From the human T2T-CHM13v2.0 reference genome, Homo sapiens, in the NCBI RefSeq assembly GCF_009914755.1, contig NC_060942.1: DNA of 64,000 nt. The stretch is one strand, 5' to 3'. Of the stretch, positions 51,780-64,000 are shown one piece after another. The position numbers and the translations under genes were made by a program. Each line of letters starts with the position of its first letter. Position 1 is the stretch's first letter. Under the pieces are notes generated by a model, which saw nothing but the letters and a program-made list of their open reading frames with translations, ran no database searches and was not told the DNA's origin.

Positions 51780-52065
51780 GGCTGGGCACAGTGGCTCATG
51801 CCTGTAATCCCAGCACTTTGGGAGGCTGAGGCAAGAGGATTGCATGAGTCCAGAAGTTTGAAACCAGCCTGGGCAACATAGTAAAACCCTGTCTCTACAA
51901 AAAATAAAAAAATTAGCCAGGTGCGATGGTACATGCCTGTAATCCCAGCTACTCAGGAAGCTGAGGTAGGAGGATCGCTTGAGTCCAGGGAGGTTGAGGT
52001 TGCAGTGAGCTTGTGCCACTGTACTCCAGCCTGAGTGACAGAGCGAGACCCTGTTGCCAAAAAAA
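51780..52065 (+). mobile_element. Alu (AluJ-like)
   Basis: Dimer; flanked by aaggatc / agggatc. Confidence 0.9.
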
Positions 52066-53304
52066 TTTTTTTTTAAAAGGGATCCTACATGCATCCAGAG
52101 ATTAAACGAAAACAATCACCTGAAAAGGCTCTGAACTCAGATTGATGCTTCTCACCAGCACTGGAAGCTAGATGGTATTGGAATAATACCTCACAGTTCT
52201 GAAGGAAAAATATTTCCAAGCCAGAATTCTAAACCTAGACAAACTATCAAATATAAGTAGAAAGAAGTAAACAAACACATTTTCAGAAATGCAAGATTTC
52301 AAAAAATATATATCTCCCATGCACTGTTCTTCAGAAAGCCTTGGGAGAATGTACCCTACCAAAAGAGGGAGTAATAAACTAGGAAAAGTTGAATTTGGGA
52401 AATGGAATCAACTTAGAAAGAAGCAAAGAGGCCTGTAATGATAAAGGGGTTTTCTAGGATGACAGCTCCATAGCTGGAATGGGGGACAACCAGACCAGAA
52501 TGGAGCTTTAGTAGATATATTCTAGAGCAGGAAATTCGAGAATATATAAAGTAGCTAAAATAGAAGAAAATGTAGACAATTGAGTGAGAGTTCAAGGGTG
52601 AAATAACAATGTTAAATACTAAAAAATCAAAGTAAAGGAAAAAGGACAATTATTAACTTCAGGAAAGACAAAGTTATGCAGAAAAGGAAAAGTAACCATG
52701 ATATAAACATTGAATATTGATTGAACCACAATTATGCTCTAACTATATTGGGAAGAAGAAAGAAAGCTGAAAATATGAAAGAGCGCTAAATATTTACTCC
52801 TACAGGAAAGAGTCAGTGATCTCCAAAACAGAAAATGCAAGATCAGCACAATAAGAGAAGGCAAAAAAAAAAAGAAAAAAAAAAAAGAGAGAGAGAGAGA
52901 AAAAAAAATCACAAGAAACATAAGTTATTTAAGAGTGAGAGAGAGAAACAATCAGCTAAAAAAAATTGTCATTGCCTCTGTAGAGCAAGAAGTGGAGTGT
53001 TAGAGGTGGGCTGGGAACTGGAGTTAAAACAAGCGTTGATGAATTGTATGTATTTGTCATTTTCATAAATGTAAAAACTAAACTGAGAAAAGCCATTTGA
53101 TATTTCTGAAATTACTTAGCGAATAAGAATTATTAAAGATCGTTTGATTTTAACTCAGATTTCTGTTTCTTCTTGGCTGTTTTCTGTTTGGGGGGAGCTG
53201 TTTGCGATGTGGATGGATTACCATTTATTTGCCTGAATATAGGAATTTACTTCTTTCATAATTTGAAAAGTGACCATACTAGTAAACTTTAAAATGTGTT
53301 CTAG

Positions 53305-53375
53305 GTGTGGCTTTAGCTGTTATTCTCTGTAACACCCGGCATATTAGTGACAGTGTTTTCCTAGAAGCTGCAAAG
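53305..53375 (+). CDS. ME2: ME2 exon 14
   Basis: ttctag|GT; [23 protein letters not shown]; AAG|gtaaat; 71 nt. Confidence 0.95.
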
Positions 53376-54022
53376 GTAAATGTTTTAAATGTTGTTTATT
53401 TTATAAAGGATGAATTATAAAGATGAGTAGATCTGAAAATTAAAGGCAGAGAGAGAATGGGTTAAATCTGCCTTATTAATGAAAAGGAAGTTACTCAAAT
53501 TACTTTTATGATTTGCCTATTTATGCATAAAATTAATTTTTTTAATCATGACTTAAATTTTTGTAAACTGAATCCTCTCGTTTTAATAACACTTAGACTA
53601 TACTTGCAATTTGTATATCTGAATATATTGTGACAGCATAGATAACTCCTTGCATGTTTTTAATGGACAAGTACTGGTATTATTTGGAGTGCTGGCCTAT
53701 GGGAGCTCCAGACTTTGAAGTATTTCTGAAGAACTCACATTAATACAATTAATGTCTGTTTTCAAAGTAGCCATTGCAATTAAGCCAAGCTCTACATGTG
53801 TAATATAAAGCAGAATATAATCAATAAGTCTTTAAATCTGGTTATTTATTGTTTAGTGATGAACAGTTTTAATTTCTGCAGTGGTTTAAGTGTATTCCTT
53901 CAAGAAATAAGAGGAATTATATTACCTGTTTTACTCTCTGTTTCCCCAATGCTTTTTCCATTTACTGGGTCCTTATTCTGTTATTTAAACAAACAAAAGC
54001 AAAATGCTGTTTTTCTCTTCAG

Positions 54023-54121
54023 GCCCTGACAAGCCAATTGACAGATGAAGAGCTAGCCCAAGGGAGACTTTACCCACCGCTTGCTAATATTCAGGAAGTT
54101 TCTATTAACATTGCTATTAAA
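54023..54121 (+). CDS. ME2: ME2 exon 15
   Basis: tcttcag|GCC; [33 protein letters not shown]; AAA|gtaagt; 99 nt. Confidence 0.96.
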
Positions 54122-54382
54122 GTAAGTAATAACTTAAACTTCTTCACATTAATTTTAATGACATTTTCTTATACAAGAAATACAGGTTTATTAAGATAAA
54201 TCTGAAACATTTAGAAGGCTGCAAAGAAGAAATTTTAGGCCCATATTCTTACTACCAGAATATAACACACATGATTATTTTGGGTTTGTTGCCTTCTAGT
54301 CTTTTTTCTTTGCAAACACATACATGCATACACACATGCATGTAGTCACTTGTGCCTTTTTGAAAAATTGTTTTAAAGAATA

Positions 54383-54500
54383 GAGATAGGGGTCTTCCTG
54401 TGTTGCCCAGGCTGGTCTCTAACCCCTTGGCCTGAAGCGATCCTCCTGCCTTGGACTCCCACAGTGCTTGGATTACTGGCATGAGCCACAGCACCTGGCC
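54383..54500 (-). mobile_element. Alu left monomer (FLAM-like)
   Basis: Single reverse arm. Confidence 0.8.
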
Positions 54501-54682
54501 TGTGCCCATTCTTATAATTGGTTTCTTACTGCACTTTTTCCCCTTAATATATTGTAAGTCTTTTCCATGTAACTTAATAATAATTCTCATGTATGTGATC
54601 ATTAATGCTGCATGGCATTCTCTTTATTATTTTTTCAAAATTTGTTTCATCATTTCTCTGTTTTTGGACATTTAAGTTTTTA

Positions 54683-57000
<2,318 letters not shown>

Positions 57001-57003
57001 TGA

Positions 57004-57364
<361 letters not shown>

Positions 57365-57655
57365 TAACCTAAGCAAAGATTGGGAATTGGTAAAGGATGG
57401 TATGTTCAGGGAATAATAGTTGAGCCTGGGGGAACAGGTAGGGAAATGGCATGGAAGAAAATTTGAAAGTTATATTAAAGCCAGCTGTACAAATATACAA
57501 ATGCCAGGCTAAGGAGTATGATTACCTTCTACTGCAAAACAGTTGAAGATTTTAGAGCCCAGAACTAGGATGATAGAGTCCAACTTTAGAATTTATAGAA
57601 TGATATTACAGGTGGGAGAGATTTTGGAAGATATTAGTCAGTTAAGAGATTACTG

Positions 57656-57950
57656 GGCCAGGCAGAGTGGCTCACTCCTGTAATCACAGCACTTTCAAAG
57701 GCCAAGGCAGGAGGATGACTTGAGGCTGTAAGTTTAAGACCATCCCTGGACAACAAAGCAAGATCTCATCTCTACCAAAAAAAAAATTAGCCGGGCACAG
57801 TGATATGTGCCTGTAGTCCCACCTACTCAGGAGGCTGGGGTGGGAGGATCACTTAAACACAGGAGGCCAAGGCTGCAGTGAGCTATGATCATACCACTGC
57901 ACTCCAGTGTGGGTGACAGAGCAAGACCCTGTCTCTAAGAAAGAAAAAAG
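57656..57950 (+). mobile_element. Alu (AluJ-like)
   Basis: Dimer. Confidence 0.88.
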
Positions 57951-58832
57951 AGAGAGAAATAATTGGTATATCCAAATGAGAGGTAGTACATGAGGTCATA
58001 GAAGGAGACCTCTGCTTAGGATTAGTATAGCAACAGAGGCCCAGGTTCATGTCTCTGCGTTTCCCCAGAGGCAGGAGTAGAGAGTGTGCTGTGTCTGCAG
58101 TGGCATAGGCTTTTCTTTTTAGGAGCAAATAAGGAAGTGGTGAGTAGAGGAGGCAGAGCTTTGTGTCTGTCCCCACCCCAAATAGCCACTGATTCACCCC
58201 TTTGGCTCTATGAGCAGGGCTGTGTGTGCTCCTCTGACAGCCACCAGTCACCTTCTGCATGCCTCCAGGACCAAGGGGAGCTTTCTCCAATCTCATGCCT
58301 TGCCCGTAATCTTTTTCTGTGGTTACTACCAGCCTGTGGGAAAGAGATTTGCAGTGAGTGTGAGCCCCCCTTATGTCTAAAGCTTGCAGTTGTTCCAGAA
58401 TAAAACACTAGCTCACATTGACCTTTGGCAGTTCCTTAAAATTTTAGCTGACTTCTTATTGTATGCATGGTGGCCACTGCCTCATTCTCCCTCCCATGCT
58501 CTGCCACAAGTGAGAGTTTCTGTGTCTAGTCTGCCGCCTTCTCTCCTTCATTCATTTATTTATAAATTTATATTTATTTATTTATGTTAATTATGCTGCT
58601 CACTGGCTTCAGAACACCTCCCACTGCCCCTCACATCAGGCAGGCCACGTGTTCAGCTCTCCAAGGTCGGAAGGAATGAGGAAAAATGTGTTTATTCCAT
58701 CCTCCTGGAAGCAAAAATCTCTGCCTGTCTTTTTATATCATTCCTGTTTTTCCTGTTTAGTACAAAAACTGAGAAGAGCAATTTGGTCAACAAACTGTAC
58801 TAATGACATGTTATGTTTATTTGGCCCTTAGG

Positions 58833-59141
58833 TTTTTTGTTTGTTTGTTTGTTTTTGAGATGGAGTCTCAACTCTGTCGCCCAGGCTGGAGTGAAGTGGT
58901 GCAATCTCAGTTCAACACAACCTCTGCCTCCCAAGTTCAAGTGATTCTCCTGCCTCAGCCTCCTGAGTAGCTGGGATTACAGGTGCCCGCCACCACGCCT
59001 GACTAATTTTTGTATTTTTAGTAGAGACAGGGTTTCACCACGTTGGCCAGCCTGGTCTCATAAACTCCTGACGTCAGGTGATCCACCTGCCTCAGCCTCC
59101 CAAAGTGCTGGGATCATAGGTGTGAGCCACCACGCCCAGCC
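58833..59141 (-). mobile_element. Alu (AluS-like)
   Basis: Reverse dimer; TSD gccctt(t)aggttttt. Confidence 0.9.
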
Positions 59142-59506
59142 AGCCCTTAGGTTTTTAACCTCAGATCTTTATTGCAGTTACCTGCCACTGAGGATCTAGC
59201 CCTTCCCTACTTCTTTTTCCTAGTCAGTGATAATAAAATATTAGTAAAATATGTTTTCTATAATAGAACAGAAAACAATTGAACACATTTTCTATCACAA
59301 AATACACTGAGATTGAGTTCTTGGTACCAAGGATTATTTTTTAATAACCATCTTATTCTGAGATTTTTCTTTTAGAAAGTTGAAATATGAAACTTTAATA
59401 ATGGTTACCATTTGGAATGAGAATTAGAGGAGGGGAGCGACATCTTATAATTGTTTGAATTTTTTCTACCATATGTCACTACATTTTTTTAAGTTAAAAT
59501 AAAACC

Positions 59507-59881
<375 letters not shown>

Positions 59882-60746
59882 TCAGAACTTTACTGTGTGA
59901 GAGGTGCTGTGCTACCCTGTGAGGAAGTGTTTCACATTCCTCATTTTATATCAGAACTGAGGTTCAAGGGCTTATTCTCACCACCAATCATGGTGTGTGG
60001 CTTGGGTGGAGAATTTGAAATTCACTCAAGCCACCTTTGGTGGGGAGTAGTCGAGCTTACTGTTGAGGGTCTAATATCTAGACTCAGAATGCTTTGGGTT
60101 TGAAACAGCTCTCAAGTAACTACCTTGGGCAAGTTACTTAAACTCCTCTCATTCCTCATATGCAGAATGAGAATAATGATAGCACTTATCTCCTGGGGTT
60201 CTTGTCGAGAGTAAAGGAGGTATCCTTGTAAAACACATAGAAAGTGCCTGGCACTCAGTGATAGTGGTGTCAGTTCCCCTGTATAGGTTCTAGCCCTGAC
60301 TTCACCTGACCTTATAGTTCTAGTGTCTAAATCCTGATTTATAATAATTACTATGCCTCTTAATCCAAATTCTAGAGCAGAAACCTCTCTCTCACCTTGG
60401 GTTAGGTTTTCTTCCTGGTCAAGTTGGCTGTGATTAGGAAATAGTCTCTGTGCCCCTCTAGAAAGGCCACTCTTTCAGCAAGACTGGGAGGAATGACATA
60501 GGCTGGGCAGGTTATCTAAATGTATTTACTAGAATGACACAGTAGAACTTAAATGTGTTTGGTTTTATCTTTTAAACTTTCCATAGTTTCCAAATGTTTT
60601 GAAAGGAGTCAAAGCAATGTTATTTTTTACTGTGAAAAAAGAAGAATGCCATTCTTCTAAACTTATTTTCCTGTGTTATAATAGTACGTTGTCTCTCTAA
60701 TAGGTTAATACTCAGAGCCTACACAATAACCTTACTTATTTTTCAG

Positions 60747-60914
60747 GTTACAGAATACCTATATGCTAATAAAATGGCTTTCCGATACCCAGAACCTGAA
60801 GACAAGGCCAAATATGTTAAAGAAAGAACATGGCGGAGTGAATATGATTCCCTGCTGCCAGATGTGTATGAATGGCCAGAATCTGCATCAAGCCCTCCTG
60901 TGATAACAGAATAG
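60747..60914 (+). CDS. ME2: ME2 last exon, coding part
   Basis: tttcag|GTT; [55 protein letters not shown]; 168 nt including TAG. Confidence 0.97.
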   Translation, partial: VTEYLYANKMAFRYPEPEDKAKYVKERTWRSEYDSLLPDVYEWPESASSPPVITE

Positions 60915-61544
60915 AAGCACTCCCCTGATAAATACTTTCTGTGCTCCAGGGAACCCCTTTTTTCAGACAAGAAGAGATAATGTCTTCAGTTTTATGGTGT
61001 TTTCTGTGTTTTGTTCTCCCTGACCACTTTGGTTGATGTATTTTTTCCATGCGTCTCCACATCTGTTGGGGTAGACGTGTTGATTGATTGCATTGCCCAC
61101 CAGCACCCTACAATCAGATAGTTGTGATGCTTTAATTCTAACATACAGCCCGTACCACATCCAGGAGATGTAAAAAGTGTGTTTGTGAATGTCTTCACTT
61201 GTACTCTAATTCAGACTTGCCAAAGTATTTGCTATTTACTATTATGGGTAATACTCTTCTCTGGCCTAGTTCTTACAGAGCTACTAAAATAGAAATTTAC
61301 TTTTATGGATAGAAGTACAGAATTTTGAGAAGAAACTAAATTTTCACCAAATTTTAAGGAAAAATTGTCATTATCTAAAAATGTTCTTATATATCTGCTT
61401 CATCTTACCTTCATACTCTGAAATTCCCTATAGCAGACAGAGCTAGGGAAATATTAAAAATTTACCCTATTTATTTTCTGGAACTAAATCAAGCCTTAAC
61501 TATAACATTATGAGAGTAATGGGAACTACTGCTGGCTTTAAGTA

Positions 61545-61550
61545 AATAAA
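61545..61550 (+). terminator. candidate polyadenylation signal AATAAA
   Basis: AATAAA about 630 nt after the stop codon. Confidence 0.45.
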
Positions 61551-61600
61551 AGTCATTGTTTTCAACAGTGTATAAAAATCATAGTGTAACCTTTTTATTT

Positions 61601-61606
61601 AATAAA
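61601..61606 (+). terminator. candidate polyadenylation signal AATAAA
   Basis: AATAAA preceded by TGTA and a T-rich tract, followed by T-rich sequence. Confidence 0.6.
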
Positions 61607-62257
61607 TATCTTACATTTAATTGCTTCAGTTATGCTATCTTATTGCCCAACTAGAAATTTAGATTTGCTTATGAAAAACACATATTTTTGTTACTTCTAG
61701 ATGATTCTAGGAGGGAGTATAAGATACCTAATCATATGGGAACATCACGTGACTTTTTAAATCTAAATTAGTCATGCTTCACATCAAAATGAGTCATATT
61801 TAACTGGAGAAACTATGCCCTTATTCCAGAACTGATGCTCTTTATTGCTTGAGATAATTTTGGAATGTTACTATGATACTGTTTCTTTGAATATCATTAG
61901 TAGTGACAACTCTTTCTCCATTGAAGGCAGACTTAATTTTTTTAAACCACCAACATTAATTTAGAGCTAAATGGGGATGAATAAGGTTGGTGTTCATCTG
62001 GGAAATGCCTTTTTTAATCCCAGTAAAATGGGTAATAATGGCTATCCAGAACAGTTTTCTTGTGTGGCTTGCATATTGAAGAATTCTAAAGGAAAATATA
62101 TCTGCCTACCATGCTTGCTCTTAGGGAAGAAAACTTAAATGCTCATTCTAGGATAGTAACAACAACAGATAATTCATCGATAATATGAGCATGCACAGTA
62201 TTTGATATTGCTCTGTAGGAAAAAAGAGACTTCATTTTTTTCATCTTCTGCCTATGA

Positions 62258-62879
<622 letters not shown>

Positions 62880-63051
62880 TAATTCTGAATATAATTTAAT
62901 AATTTTAAAATGGTCGCAATGGCATTGCCATTTGGAGTATGGGAAAATGCAGTTGGTTAATTCATTGAACAGATTAGTAAAGTCAGAAGTCTTTTTCATA
63001 ACATACGGTCACAATTCCTTTCTTTTAATTAAAGACAAAAGGTTTATGGGT

Positions 63052-63228
63052 TTTGGTTTGTTTGTTTTAGATATGGGGTTTTGCTATGTCACCCTTGCTG
63101 GAGGGCGGTGGCTGTTCACAGGCGTGGGTCATAGAGCACTGCAGCCTGGAACTCCTGGGTTCAAGCTCTCCTCCTGCCTCAGCCTCCTGAGCAGCTTGGA
63201 CTAAAGGTGTGCACCACCGCACCTGGCT
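63052..63228 (-). mobile_element. Alu monomer (FAM/FRAM-like)
   Basis: Single diverged reverse monomer. Confidence 0.75.
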
Positions 63229-64000
63229 GAGAGGCTTCTGTTTTTCATGTTCCCTTTATCAAAACAAAATCACGCCTAAACATACTCTCTGTGTGAAATC
63301 TTGATTTTAGTTCAACCTAAGAAATATAATAAATATAAACCTGTTTCTTGCTTAGTGTTTATTGAAGGCAGGAACGTATGCTGAATTAAAGTAATTTTAC
63401 TACGAAGTTTGCTTATTAAGTATGCCTGGTACAGTCTTCATGGAAGTTATTAAGTATTTTAAGGAAAAAAATAGGCTAAATGGCATATAGCCTGCTTAAA
63501 TAAAATAATTCTATTTTTTTAAAAAGCTCCCAATTGTCATTGTTATTTACCAGTCAATCTTTCAACAAGTATCAATTATTGGATGTAAATTAAAGTAAAA
63601 TTGCTTAATATTTAAGCTAAGAATACAGGAAGGACTATGAGCATTGAGGAAATCGGGGGAGGCCAGAATGGCATCAAGCTGGAAAAGAAATTAAAACATT
63701 ACCTTCGATGAGACTTTACCTAGCAAGAAGGTAATTATTTTGAATAACAGCAATAGAGAATCTTTTATTTTGAATTGAGAAGAAATTCTGATGATTAGAG
63801 TGTCAGTAAGTAGTAGGAAAAGGTAAGAATACATGTGTTTCTAATCTCCCACCACCACCTGTTGTATGGAACAAATTGGATTACTAGCAAGGGTAAGGTT
63901 TATTGACAATGAGAAGTTTTAGTCCAAGATTTTAGTTAAAATATTTTAAAATTTTTTGATTCATAACCAAGAAGTTGCCTCAGATCACTGTGAAGCTTTA

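Larger units (their letters stand above)
60915..61630 (+). other. ME2: ME2 proximal 3' UTR (end approximate; longer forms possible)
   Basis: AT-rich sequence without obvious repeats between the stop codon and two AATAAA hexamers. Confidence 0.65.

Noticed and set aside
57889-58408. Overlapping 135-, 105- and 66-aa ORFs
   Set aside because: No recognisable domain, partly Alu-derived, no supporting splice structure.
60743-61198. Antisense ORFs over the last exon and 3' UTR
   Set aside because: Short shadow ORFs with no evidence of an antisense gene.

Overview
Primate (very likely human) genomic DNA carrying all 15 coding exons of the mitochondrial NAD(P)+-dependent malic enzyme gene ME2 on the + strand (ATG 9529, TAG 60912-60914). 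The exons were spliced by hand at GT-AG boundaries and sum to 1755 nt = 584 aa plus stop, with the malic-enzyme catalytic residues intact. The non-coding first exon and promoter are not in the window; exon numbers assume one upstream exon. The introns are dense in repeats: about 50 Alu copies or fragments, L1 fragments, solo LTRs (THE1, MER4, MER21), an ERV1 internal relic, DNA transposons (MER1, Tigger2-like, MER46C-like, MER5) and microsatellites. Most of the supplied ORFs are Alu-derived or chance. I found no new gene system. The most unusual signal is a cluster of three locally templated duplications in intron 2, two inverted and one direct, one of which looks like an Alu insertion that captured neighbouring intronic sequence. 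Repeat subfamily calls come from recalled consensus motifs and repeat ends are approximate.
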